A stretch of DNA of 64,000 nt from Bispira polyomma (GCA_965649765.1 OZ287759.1:48980001-49044000), one strand, 5' to 3'. Shown: positions 50,307 to 63,539, numbered from the stretch's first letter. Numbers and translations are program-made. The notes: generated by a model from the sequence alone, not told the origin.

Positions 50307-53072
50307 CACAGCAGACGAAACAGAGACCTGTCCAGAATGATACCATCCGTTAATCAATGTCATTGAACAAACGCACCAGGGATCGTTTTCAAAATTGACA
50401 CAACTTGACACAAACGTAGCTCTAGAATGTGTAGGTGTGACTAGGACATAAGCAAGTGTGTTGATAACCACAATAAAGATTGTATAACATAGAATTAACT
50501 CAGTGATGCTGTAAAAAACATACTGTGAATACAACCAACAACTGAGATAACATTCCATTAATTCCAGAAATATACCATTGTTTATGAACACAACTTGAGA
50601 AAATGACATTTCATAAGAAATCGCCACACAATCAAATATGAGCTAACCTAAGCCGATGACAGGCTAAATGTGGGATTTCCCTATTGTTCTTTGTTCATTT
50701 TTGTGTATATGAAAACACAACTAAGCATGTAAACAAATAGGAGTCAGATCACTATTAACTTTGTTATACGTTATCTTATAACCTTTTGCCCTGTATCAAA
50801 GTCCAGTGAAGAGCTGGTCCTACAAATCATATATCAAATTAAACATCAATCATTGCCTGAATTTTTAGTATAAATAAAAAGAGGTATGAATTGAATTTTT
50901 TTTAGATATTTTTTGGGGGAAGTGTAAAACTAGGTGATTTCATGTCCATTCCAAGATGGCTGAATATTACCAAAAGGCTCTTAACCAAAAAGCTTCTGAA
51001 TATTTATATTTGTGAATTAGCTTTTAGAATGCATTTGAAATAATTCAGTAGTTATTCTCCTTCAATATCCATGAATATTCACAGAAGTTATAATCGTTTA
51101 CTACTTTTATGAATTTTAGTTGCAATCCAATTAATTATTTTTCTTTTTACCTAAAATACTCTGTCACCAAGAAGCCGGAAATAGTCAAATCACTGCATAT
51201 ATATACTACTGTTGTCTAGGGAGTATAAAATCTAGTAGGTTTACATAAAATTATATAACAAAGTTTGAAAACTCAAAACGGGAGATTGTATATTCTTTTT
51301 TCATCATTTGTAATATATGCCAAGAGGATAGTTTTACAGTATTTAAAAAGTCCTCAGTAAATATACATGTGTGTGTTTAACTATTCATTTATTATTACAT
51401 GTAATACATGTTTACACTGGTATCTTTGATGATTGCTACGAGTGTGGCATAGCGGATGACAGACTAGCATTGGAATACAGAGGATGTAGGTCCTATCCCA
51501 TCATATACTGGTGCTAAATGTGTATTGTATAGACTTTGGAATCTGGTTGTTAAAAGTATGCATTAATTTGTAGGAAATGCACACTTTGGTCATGAGGCAA
51601 TGCACAACTCTAATTAGTTTCCATTAATCCACATTCTGTGCATACTTTGTGTATTGCTTAAATTAACGTGTTTTAATCACATAAAGCTGGGAAATATTGT
51701 GCTGATATGAATGAAAATAGGAATAACATTTGAAATTATACTAAAGATAAGATGCAGTCTGTTATCATGTGTCACATTAGTCAACAACCCCCAAACCTGG
51801 GGACAGTAAACATTGAGAGGTTTGTCATCTCTAAGAATAGATATTCCTCAACAGCTCGTCCTCTTTACACAAATAATACCTATTCGCTAGAGACAGGCTA
51901 CTAAGCTCCTCCCATATTTATAGTAAAGTTCACTGCCTGTGTATATAAGTCACACTGGCTGTAATGTGGACCGCCTCTCCCTCCTAACATCAGAAGTGGA
52001 AAACATGTGCCAGAGGCTCACGGGGAAATGACATCATATATTTGTTGTGTGCGAATAAAACTCAGAAATGTGAACTAACTCTTTTACTTCTAATCTGGAC
52101 ATGACTTTGCCTAACCACAGATTCAGACATCGTCTGGTCTATAAATACAATTTAGTCCAACAGAGCAATCAACTCAATGGTTCTTATTTGTGGACTTTGG
52201 GCTTTATGCAAGTTGAATCATTCAAAAATGAGTCATTCAGGATTATTATTTACAGACTTAATGTTTAATTATTATAAAAAGACCACCTCAATATACGGCT
52301 ATCAGTATATAAATTTAAGGTAACCTTAACTTTATACTTAAGATTAAGTTACCGTGTCAATTTAGGAGTGATTTCATTTACTGTGTAATTAACAAGTAAA
52401 GGTGACCTTAACATACTGATACTTCTAGTAAAATCTTCAAGTGAAAGTTGTGTTCACATATGAGTCAAAGGATAAATCAAGTATAAAAATGATATAAAAT
52501 GGCCAATAATTCCCAATTGCTATGTCTCGAAGAGTTCACGTTTCAAAATCAATGTCAAAATGGAGGTTGAATCAGATATCAAATTTGATCAAAACAGACC
52601 AGGTTTTATGGTCAGTTCAAGTTTTCAATGCTGCTTTATCAACGTGTGCTTTTCATATGAAAGGGTACCCTGAATAATTGCCTGTACTTGAGGGGTAACT
52701 GAATCTGATTAGCTATGGGCAGATTGAAGTAGTGGTCAAGACTGCCCATAGGGATTAATGTGGTTATATAACCAAATGGGGAACTGCATTAGCAGACCCC
52801 TGTGTGGTCGTGCTGGCTACTATGCATTACATCTCATATGAGGATGTCATCTTTATTTTATCCCTAAATGGATTTAACACTTAATTTTACAGGAAACATT
52901 TCAATGAAACTATAGATAGACTAGGATGGAATTTCCTATAATTATGTAAATTCGTCAAGAATAGCTTTGTTACATATATTTGGAAGTAGCTTTGTTGAAT
53001 ATTGTGAACTATTTTGGCATCTTTGAATGTAGACATTTTAGCTATTGTTTAAATCATCTTTCTTTTCCTCAA

Positions 53073-56000
53073 TTAAACCATTGTAGAATCTGTTTCATCT
53101 TTATCTTCAACAGTTGCAGATCGAAGCCTAGTCTGAAAAATACAGATATATAAAATTTTAGTAACAATCATTTGATGATTTGATGTAACATTATGTATTT
53201 GACACTTCTAATTTGCCAACTCTTTAATGCATTGTGAATCACCAACAATATGAAAATACTAATTAAAACCTGAATAATTACCCCCCCCCCCCATCTTCTT
53301 CACAGACACACACATTAACTGCATTTAATAGATAAATATGCATATGTTATTGCTGTGAAACAAACCTCTGTAACAAACACATATGTCATGTCAAACTTTT
53401 AAAAATTCAACCCCCATGTTTCAACCTTCACTGTGGTACCCCATGGCCTAATGGTTAGGGAGTTGGTCTGATGATAAGAAGGTCCTGGTTTCAACTACCA
53501 CGCACAGATGACCACATAAAAAGACACTCCTCTGTTACTGTGTGCTATTCAAAGTGGCCAGCTAAATGCATTGATAAATGGTCATCATCAAGCCTCTCTC
53601 TTCAGATAGGGGAATGACAGTAACTGATACAGTTGACTGTTAGAGTCAGGAAAGGGGTAATTAGCATTCTGAATACCAGATAAAGGTAGACATATGTAGA
53701 GTTTTCATATGAATATTAATAGGAACTTTTATGAATTGTCACTGTAGTAAGTCCCCAAGCAATAACATATATACTTCAAGCTGTCCAAACCTTCTTTTCA
53801 TAAGTGTCACCACTCCCTGATGTGTGTTTGCAAATTTGATAATCTGTTGTTTTAGGGCAAGCATCCCCAGGTGAAACACTCAGGCTAGGAGGAAGCTTTG
53901 TCTTGCACATGTCTTTGGTGCTGAACTAAAGCAAGTAGAAAATAGAATAATTCTTTGTATTCAGTCAAAAAGCTCAATGTATATATTTATTAATAAAACC
54001 TAGATTCTAAGTAAGGCTGTAGACAACATAGAGGATATTAAAATTAATTAAGAATAAAATCCGAAAATTATTCATCACATATATCTAGATATATACCTTA
54101 CTACATTATCAATTAAAAGCTAAGGAGAAATGAAAGTTTAAAACAATGATATACATGCAACCTGGCTTTACTTTTAAGAAACACATGGTGACTTTCATAA
54201 AAAATACATGGTGTATCTGACTTAAAACACCCGTTGTACAAAGGCCTATTTTGATCTGTATCTAGTCTGGCGTGACTAAACACAGCACACACCACCAACA
54301 AGGTTATACACAAGATGAAACACTCCAAACTGTAAATGGTGTCTTCATAGAAACATGTCCTATCATAATTTTGTATGATTCTTTTGCCAAACAATTAAAT
54401 CAAACAGCAAATGAATTCATAACATCATTGGCAGAGTGGCATGTGGGAAAGTAGGCAGTAGATTTATATTTTGTTTGTTTTTTCAGCGCTTTCAATAACT
54501 TAGGTAATGTCACAATGGTTAGATTCAACAGTGAAAGAAACCAGTGCAGAAGCATTGTAAACCATTGAACCTACCTCAAATACCTTCCCACAAAAAGAAA
54601 TAGATTTGCTAAAGACTGGTGTGGTTTACAATGTAGGTAATACCTTGACCAAGTAACCTGTATCTGCATTCCTCCACCATTTACTTTTCGGCTGTGATAG
54701 AATTCAAACTTGTTAAACTGGCGTTAAAACTGAATTTACAAATTTAAATGCTTGTGCGAGGTAACAATATGTAAATATGATCAAAGTTGGTGGTATACAT
54801 GCCAAAGATTGGTGGTTTACAGTGTAGAATACATTGACTAACTACACTATACTATAACAGAGTGCTGTATTGTAACAGAGAAACTAAATTTCATCAAAAT
54901 TGGCAATAGACTTGATAAATTTATCAACTGGACCATACAGTTTTTTTCTTCACCAACAAGTCCCCCCTTTCAATATAATTCACAGCTATTTAAATAGCAT
55001 AACAATGAAACACATCTAAATCCTTGGCGGATGTCATAATAACAGAGTTTTGTACAAAGATAGGTCACACCTCCCCACCTTAAAGGCATTTGACAGGCCC
55101 ATCCAGGTTCCAGGGCGACAATGCTTACGGTAAGACCTCTGACGTCTGCACAAAATATAGCCACACCATGGATTCCAGGGGTCAAAATAGTGACCATCAC
55201 TCATCTTACCACAGTAGTCTGGTAATAATACAATGTGACAGAAAAATATGTAATATAACAAATACCATACCATATATATATATATCCTTAAGTAATAAGA
55301 ATAAGAATAACATGTAATATATGTAAAACAAACACTATAGTCAAGGTTTATAAAATAGCTAGAAAACGATAACAATAGTTAAATAACCCTGTGGAACTAT
55401 ATTATGTGTGTGAAATTGTACTGTATTTTATATTTTTAACATGCTTTATTGATGCAAGGCATCTTCCAAAGCACAACAACCAAATCAATCAACCAATCAT
55501 GTGTCCTACATTATAGCTTGGGTCATCATCAGTAGGCAATGGTATGTTCACATTTTGCCTAAGGATGTTATCCCACCAATCAACCTAGCTGCATTAGCAG
55601 GAGACAAACCAGGAACCTTCTGATCACCAGACCAATTCTCTCACCACTAAGCCACGGAATACCATATGTACAGGGAATAGAGTCGGGCTCATATTGGGTA
55701 ATGCAATGCTTAAAAGGAGCTTTTCTAATGTAGGTTAATGTTAGATTTGCCTATTATATCATTATAATATTAATATCACTAATAATAAAGCGACATACTA
55801 AACATTTACAAGCAGTAATATTGACTCTACCACCGTGACCTAGTGGGTAACACACCCTCAAAAAACACAGAGGACCTGCGTTCGATCCCGGCTGGGGCGA
55901 CAAGGTACAGGTAGATACATAGTGGTTTGAATGACCACTTAAAATGATGCCTCCTCTGTCATTGACTCCTACACCTTGTGGCAGGCTAAAGAACCTTGCA

Positions 56001-57544
56001 GGACATTGATAAATGGCCATCCTGAAGCCTCTGTCTACAGTTAGAGGAATGACAGTTACTGGCGCAGGTTGGCTATACTTGGGAACTCAAGAAAAGTTTA
56101 ATTTGTGCTTCGAAAACGATTTCAAGTAGATATAATTACTAATTATATAATTTTAAGACAATACAATACTTTAATCCATTTTACAATGATCACAGAGTCG
56201 ATAAGGCAAAAGTGATGCATATAAATTAGCACAGTCAATGGCGATCTTACATATCCAATCCTCTGGGTTGTCACAATCGGTTAGTTCTTTCACTTCTTCA
56301 TACTGTCTTTCTACATGGTTTGATTGAAGCAATCCAGCATTGATAGGAATGGGTTGATCTAAATTCTAACAAGGGTTTAAACGTTTAATTAAGTGATGGC
56401 AAACATTTTTTACAGCATTGTATATGAGTTTGATTATTCATCAAAATTACTTCTCAACTATTGTTGGCTTGCGTCTGTTCAAATCCAAGTTTTATTAGTT
56501 TGTTTGATCTATTTAATAAATAATGATGTATTTTATTGCAACCTGATCGGAGAAATAAGACTACAATTCCACAGTGGCAAATTAAGACTAAAATAAAACA
56601 TTTCTTTTCTAATTTGAATTACCTTGTTGTTCAATTTTGTTCAGTGAAATGATTGAAAATCAGAAATTAAATATATCAAGAGATACTTTCGTAAAGAGCA
56701 AATTGTCTCTGATATAAACTCCAGTGCCCATGTTCCAATGTACATATCCACGTAATTCACAACCAAGGAGGTTAATGTTAATGTATTATTGTGTAGAATA
56801 CTCTATGAATTGTATATATTTTTGTCCAAAGCTTTAGAATGATCTGCCCCATGATATTTGCACTGTCTCCTCACTTGTCTAAGCTCAAGCTCAACACCTG
56901 CCTATTCAGCAAGCCTTTCCACCATAGCCTTGTTACCTTTTTATCATGTACCTTAAAATCTGCTGGCACAGGGATAAGCGAATGAGACAAAAAAATCATA
57001 GTTGGGATTTAAATTTTCGTGAGGAGGTCATATCTCCTTAACATTATAGATGTATGCGTTGGTCTCTAGACAGAAGAAGAAATACTAGGCTTCAGATAAT
57101 AAAAAACAAGTCATTGCTTACCTGCCCATCGAGAGAGACAAATGGTAATCCGACTGGGTCATGATTGACAAGAAACTTATCTGTTTTGTCCTCGATATTT
57201 TGATCCATAAACCCATACTGTAATACGTCACTATTATCCGGTTCACCCCCTTCCTTAAAATACTTCCCGTTGACGTTATAATTATACTCATAATTCTGAC
57301 GCCTTTCTTCCTGCGGTTCATTTTCATACGTCACGTCGTTTTCATCGAAAACTGTGTTTTCTTCATCGACGTAAACACTGTCTTCATTGTCATATTTAGT
57401 ATTAAATTGTGGAAATCCAAAAATAGGCGTGTTTGTAGTTTTTATATATTTGGCATATGTTCTTGCATTTGTTTCCCTGCTTGAAACTATAAGGAATACA
57501 AAGTAACCAAACCAAACCAAACATTGGTATCTCCTCTCAGCCAT
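53073..57544 (-). CDS. Secreted acidic (D/E/N/Y-rich) protein with a chitin-binding type-2 (peritrophin-A/CBM14) domain, 5 exons, ~290 aa
   Basis: Exons 57544-57122, 56365-56251, 55218-55079, 53925-53791 and 53132-53073 have GT-AG boundaries, compatible phases (0,1,0,0) and no stops. Signal peptide; acidic tract; CGKMSDGHYFDPWNPWCGYILC...KHCRPGT...KDMC...DAC. Confidence 0.78.
53442..53715 (+). mobile_element. tRNA-derived SINE (family B) in an intron
   Basis: TGGCCTAATGGTTAGG A box and the CTGAATACCAGATAAAGG 3' motif shared with 24117-24312. Confidence 0.7.
55543..55657 (-). mobile_element. tRNA-derived SINE head (family B)
   Basis: Minus strand CCGTGGCTTAGTGGTGAGAG...GATCAGAAGGTTCCTGGTTT...CCTTAGGCAAAATGTG. 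Confidence 0.65.
55832..56095 (+). mobile_element. tRNA-derived SINE
   Basis: TGACCTAGTGG A box and GTTCGATCCC B box; body shares CATTGATAAATGG.CATC and GGAATGACAGT with 53442-53715. Confidence 0.65.
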
Positions 57545-59436
57545 TTTGTAGTGTTTGGCAGATGTATATTCAATGGAGGTGTATTAGGCCTATTACACTT
57601 CTGGTAATTACCATAGTTTTAATGGCATCTGTTCTTGACTCTGTGTATATTTTAAGTTAAGATGTTAGCTATTAAGAAAAAAGCCTGAAAATCTTCTGAC
57701 AAGAAAAAAATAATTATATTACATATTGTTTAATAAATTAATAATATTCTTTAATGTTGTGCCAGATATTTTTTGTAATTTGTAATGTTAAAAAATTACA
57801 CAAACAATATTTAACAGTTTAACCAAACACCACCTATCCAGAAGCACAATTTATGATGTACTTCTGTTTTCTCAGTTTTAGCAACATCGTCTTAAGTGAT
57901 ATGACCTGAACATTTCTCCATGTAAGGTAACCTAATCTTGATATTTGGCCGATGATTTACTTTATGCTTTTTGGTGAGAGTCCAGTGACTGCCTTTGCCG
58001 TCATTATTGCAGAGGTGTCTGATCAGAACAATTCACAGTGTAGATAGATTGGCAATTCTAAGCAGCCACACACTCTGTTCTGATTTACCCTCAGGCAAGT
58101 CACATTTGTGTCAAAGGTTTTATAGAGATAGAGAAACAAGGTAAATTGATGCGTCTATGTTTATTTCTACCTTCAAAGCTGTACTTTTATTGGTCAATGG
58201 AATTTTATATACAAGTTATGAAACAGTCATAGACCATCCTCTCTTACATACTTATATGCTACTTTTAAAGTTTCAATTGACAGGTGTGCTGTAAACACTG
58301 ATATCATAAATATATTAGAATGTTTTACCATATAAACAGAGTGAATCAGTAAACAGTAAATCAGTGTACTTTGGTGTAATGTATTCATTACAAAGAGAAG
58401 AAATCTTTGACCAAAAGTACTTTGAACAAGACATTACAATATCATACGATACTTGTGGAGCCATATAATAATGTAGCAGCGAAACTTGTAACTGGAGTAA
58501 ACTTTCACTAAATGATGATTTCTGATTAATTAATTTCGAATATTTTTAATTTTACCACTTGTCAAATAATATTTAAAAGGGTAACTACAAATGTACTAGG
58601 TACTATTATTGTTTACTATACTAGCTATTTGGTAATGATAGCTAAAACCAGTTTCCACCTATAGTAAAAGAGAAATTACATTTATTTTGTCACATTTTAA
58701 ATTTTTTTGACTTATCCATTATTAGATTAATAACATCAGTAAACCAGCAGGAAACTTTTTTGACTCTTAAGGGTCTTACAGATTCCCGACTACACAACAT
58801 GTCACCACAACAAAATAGAAATAAGGAAATATTTACTGACTATACATACTGACCCAGACACGATACCAGATAATACTACACAACATTATAATTTAAATCG
58901 CAAAAAAAAAAACAAAGTGTCTTTGGGTGTTTCCAAATTGTTTGTGCACAAATGGCTTTGGCAATGCATTGATCCCCCTCCTGACTGTAAAGAAGATACT
59001 TTATATGGATTATGTAGTGTGGTTACCTGTTGGTTCGTCGTGCCCTCTAATTTGGTATCGTGTAATTGGCGGTGTGTAAGGTCCTTAAGAAAAAACTATT
59101 ACTGGGAACTGAAGGATTTTTTTTTGGATTATAGGTTACAGATAGAAATAGTTACTAAAACACTCCTTACAGATGATGTACTAACAATTTCCTATTACGA
59201 GGAACTGACGGAAAATACAATAATATTTTTGGGTGTGTTAACTGCTTGCCATAAGACGTAGGTTCTGGGAGTACCAGATGCCATTAACTACTAGTGGACA
59301 ACCTAGGTGTCCAAAGGGTTAAATTTTATACCCTAGCCATATTATGAGCTATGTATGATTATATGTGGTTTTAAAACCTTAAACCTTCAGTTTACTACTG
59401 TCATTATACAATTCAGCTTCAATAACAAATTCAGCT

Positions 59437-59521
59437 TCTTTTGTGCTGGTGCGCCTTAGAGTCCCCTTTGTTAAGGGGAGATTAAGCGCAATAAAAGTCT
59501 AATTACAATTACAATTACAAT
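59437..59521 (+). mobile_element. Extreme 3' end (~85 bp) of the L2 subfamily at 27772/44298
   Basis: CTTTTGTGCTGGTGCGCCTTAGAGTCCCCTTTGTTAAGGGGAGATTAAGCGC...ATTACAATTACAATTACAA. Confidence 0.88.
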
Positions 59522-59569
59522 AATGCTTCAATACAAACAAAAAAAAGCAACAAAGTGGTTAGCCTAACA

Positions 59570-62500
59570 TCATGAAGTGGACAATCTTGTATAACCAGCC
59601 GCCTTAGGATGGTTCTTTTTACAACATATGTAGACATCGGCTGCCAATAAAAGTAACACTATTGCTATTAATACAAGTGTTATAGTCTTATAGAGGAATA
59701 CAAGGCTTGCACAACTGTGGTTTTCTGTCTGATCTGCAACAAAAAACAGAAATATATGTATATATCTTATATTAATTTTGGTGATTAAGTATTTGGTGAT
59801 TAAGTGACTTAACGACACATACAAAAAAATTATATTTAGAGTTTATTTCGCAACTAGTAGGCTGAGAAAACATAATCTGTTTGTAACTCGAACAGTACAT
59901 TTGTATTGACTTCTGTATACAAGTCTTTCTATTTAAAAAAACACAAGTATAATCAATAAACTAAAATATGTGTGCGACAGAACTGGTAAAATGACCAAGA
60001 TGTGTTAAATTTGTTCATGTTGTCTAATGCATCAAATAACTTATTCCTAGTATTATTTTCATCTCTCTAATACCTAATGCTATCGTATCTATTAGTGAGT
60101 ATACGTTTTAATTTCGGTTCAGACTCGTCTTAATTTGGAGTGCTTTGTTGATATCTGTGAGCATTAGTGGAGCTGCCATGTATACTTTGGTATGTTTAAA
60201 ACATATGTGTCAGACAGCTCATTTATGAGGGGAAGGTTTTGGAACATTTCTTATGAGTAACAGGTTGTGTTGGCTGATTTTCACATTTGTGTCAAATTGG
60301 TAGCAGTTAGTGACCATTCGTTGGTATCCGTGAGGTATTAGTGGGTATTCATTAGTGTTCTTGATGTCTTCCTTTCTCATTGGTGAGGATTAGTGTGATT
60401 TAGTGGAGGTATGTGTCGTTTCATATTTTTTACTTTCATCTCTGCTAACAAAACAGCAAAGACAACTGCTTTTGTAATAACTGTTATCATTAAATATATA
60501 TATTTATCAAATAACCTATATGTGTAGATTATAATAGCTGATGCCTCATATCTGTCTGGGACCACAGTCATAAAAGGTCTTTGTCTTAACTTAGCTTTAA
60601 GCTTTGGCTATTTGACTTTTACCCAAGAAAAGTCAAAAGTTTAGCCTTAGTCTCAGTGACAGCAAGAAAAAAATTTGATTAGCTTAATGTTAACTCAGCA
60701 CTAAGATTAACAGAAGGTGTGATGAAAATTGAAAATTTCAGGTCTAGGTGTGATGGAAATTGAAAATTTTAAAACTAAATATAAGATTACCTCTGCGAAA
60801 AAGCTTATTACTCTTCCTTTTGTTTACCACTACATCCGTCCAATCAGGGTTTCCACATTGAAGCATGTGATCTGGTGCAGGGGCCATCTCAGAAGTATTG
60901 CCTACTTTGAAAACCATGGACATCCCTTCTTCGTTGTGGAATTCAGTGTGACAATGCATGTACCAGTAACCAGGGTTATCAGCTGTGAACTGGATAACTG
61001 CATACCTGGAGCAAGACAAATATACCTCTGCCCTAGTGAGTGTATCTGAATCGGTAATGTGTTATGCCAGACTAGTAACTTAAAGAACCATATTCACATA
61101 AGAGATACCAAAAATTATTTGTTTGCAACAATGAGTTTCATGTCATGAATAAATCTTTAAGTAAATGAATACAGAATACTTGCTATATCGAATTGCACCC
61201 CACATAAATATTGATCTGTATTTTTTAGTTTTAATTTTATAATAATTTCTGTTAATTTATTCCAGAAGCACCACTTGCTTATCAAGCACAAGTCTCTCAC
61301 TAATGTGGGTTTGAATCCCTTTCGATACTTTCTGTGTGACAGTGTGTCAGGTACATTTCAGGTAGTCTGGTGGTTTACAGTGGTTCAGCACTGGTTACTC
61401 TTACCATTAAAATCTGGCTACCACAATATAACCTAAGCTGCTATATACGATGTAAACTCCAACTAAATTCAAATAGACATTCATCTGCGGTCAAAAGAAT
61501 ACCATCACTTTATTGTGAGATAACTAGAAATATATCCCCATACGAGAATTAAAACTAATGCATTATATACTGTGTGGTTATACATGGAATCCAATATATA
61601 AAAATATGATTATAGATATTGGTATAAATTTGATAATGATATTCAAACTTCGTCTCATCTATCTGATGTGATTTAATGCTGGATGAACTTTTGGAAAGCT
61701 AGCATACTCGTAAAAATATGAGGCATGTTTGTTGTCTATCTTTCTGTCATGGACGGCTGGCCAGACAGATCAAAAGCAATATAAAAACCTGTTTTGTGAA
61801 ATAATTTGTATTTACAGAATACTCACCCTCCTACTGGTATTAGTATGGTGTCCTTTAATGGTTCACGGCTGTCCCTATGGACAGGAACATTGCCACCAAG
61901 CCATGAGCTGTTAGTCCACGTTGCCTTGTTACAGAATTCTCCAATACATTTAATATCCGTACTATGTTCCATCACAAATGAAGTTTCATTGTCATAGGCT
62001 GGGAATCCAATTCGAAGTAGTTTAAATCTGTAGCCATGTAAGTGCACATTGTGTGGGGTCCCATCCCAGACACCAGCTATTCATAAAAATAAAAAATAAA
62101 TGATTGTTAACAATAAAGCATATTTTGCAAGCGAGGCCAGTTTTCTATTTGTTTATATTGCCTGGTAATTAATTTTTTTAATTGCTTTTGCTTGATACTT
62201 TGGTAAACCAGGATTTCACTGCCACAGCATATTCAATCATATGGTGAAGTTTATGGAATTAACATATCTGCAGCAAAGAAAAACAGAGGAATTGTCCTTT
62301 CTCTGGTGAATGTAGATGTTCACCCTGTCGACCCATAGACCCTATGTTGTCGACTCCCAGTACCTATGTTTGTTGGCAAGCTTCAGTTCCGTCCAATAGG
62401 AACTTGTTAGTGTGATGCCATTATTAAATTCCGGAAGTGTCTGTGGTGTGTGTTTCAGTGACTTCGGCTATCTGTTTTCAATTATTGAAATATTTCCAGT

Positions 62501-63539
62501 TTCTGACAATAGTTTTTTCTTTGGACAAAAACGGTTGACACAATTTATACCTTACACAGGAAAAATACACACACTGTTGTATACGTAACCTAACTAACAT
62601 TTACATACCTGGGTTCTTGACTGTAACAAACAACACCAGCTGTACTATACTGCCAAGTGGAATGTCCACCATATGTGTACAAGGGCAGAAGACATCGGCT
62701 GGGCATCTGCACAGCTTTCTCTGTTCTGATTCCGTATCTGGGTAAACCTAAAGTAAAAATTGCTAACCACTAAACAACTACATGCCAATTGGTGTTGTCA
62801 AAAGAACATTCATGTGTCTAAATCCCCCTAACATAGCTATGTGGACTACAAACAGGAAAAATATCTATTAATTTCTTTTTTTTATGTAGATTTGTACTTT
62901 AGTTACATCCGTGTATTCACGATAATTTATTTTGGGGACAATCAGCTTGTAATTTTGCAGACAATATCTTGATAGTATGATTAATAAAATATATGATAGT
63001 AGCATACTTTATAAACGGTTGATACATATTTCTCAAAGAAAGCAAATGTTCAATTTGAATTTAATATAGTTGGGTGTTACATTGCTTTGAAAAGCTCAGA
63101 TCATAATTTTTATAACTTTCCGGTTTAATGGTGCAGGAAATCCGTGATGAAGCTAAACATGATGAAGATAAACATTATAGCGAGTACCTGAGAAATCTTC
63201 CCAGATAATGAACCGACAGGATTCAAACCCACATTGGTCAGAAGCCAATGTTTATGAAGTAACCACTAGGCCACCCCGGCTCCTTAGGAGGAATGATGGT
63301 ACAGTTGGAAACTTCAGAGGGAACACATTTCCTGTTGTTGGTTTTAATAATACACCAATAAACACATTTGTACCTGAAGTGGCAGATGAGGCAACTCATT
63401 CCGTTTACCATTAATACTCATCGCCCACATCCCTCCTGTACTTTTATGTTGCAACTTCAACATAGCATGGTAGTTCAGAAAGTGCTCCACCAAGACAGGA
63501 GGCTCGAGATAAGACCCCCTGGCTTCCACACCCTTCTTG
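59570..63539 (-). CDS. Laccase-like multicopper oxidase, 3' five exons (cupredoxin domain 3 + transmembrane tail); gene continues beyond the window
   Basis: Exons 63539-63374, 62747-62609, 62076-61827, 61005-60791 and 59733-59570, with matching phases. CPCTHMVDIPLG, Cu motifs HNVHLHG and WYMHCHTEFHNEEGM, KDTILIPVGGYAVIQFTADNPG; TM TITLVLIAIVLLLLAADVYI; tail CCKKNHPKAAGYTRLSTS*. Confidence 0.92.
60377..60444 (-). CDS. Possible alternative terminal exon of the laccase (soluble isoform)
   Basis: Polypyrimidine acceptor TTTGCTGTTTTGTTAG|CAG, phase-1 compatible, reading AEMKVKNMKRHIPPLNHTNPHQ*. Confidence 0.4.

Noticed and set aside
50268-50330. Hammerhead ribozyme (CTGA...GAAAC)
   Set aside because: The CUGANGA core is not matched and the stems do not give the three-way junction; it is a simple palindrome.
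54113-54454. ORFs on both strands within the chitin-binding gene intron
   Set aside because: No recognisable motifs and no phase-compatible splice sites; the gene assembles cleanly without them.
57092-57544. Neuropeptide precursor
   Set aside because: It has a signal peptide and acidic spacers but no repeated dibasic/amidation sites, and downstream exons supply a chitin-binding domain.
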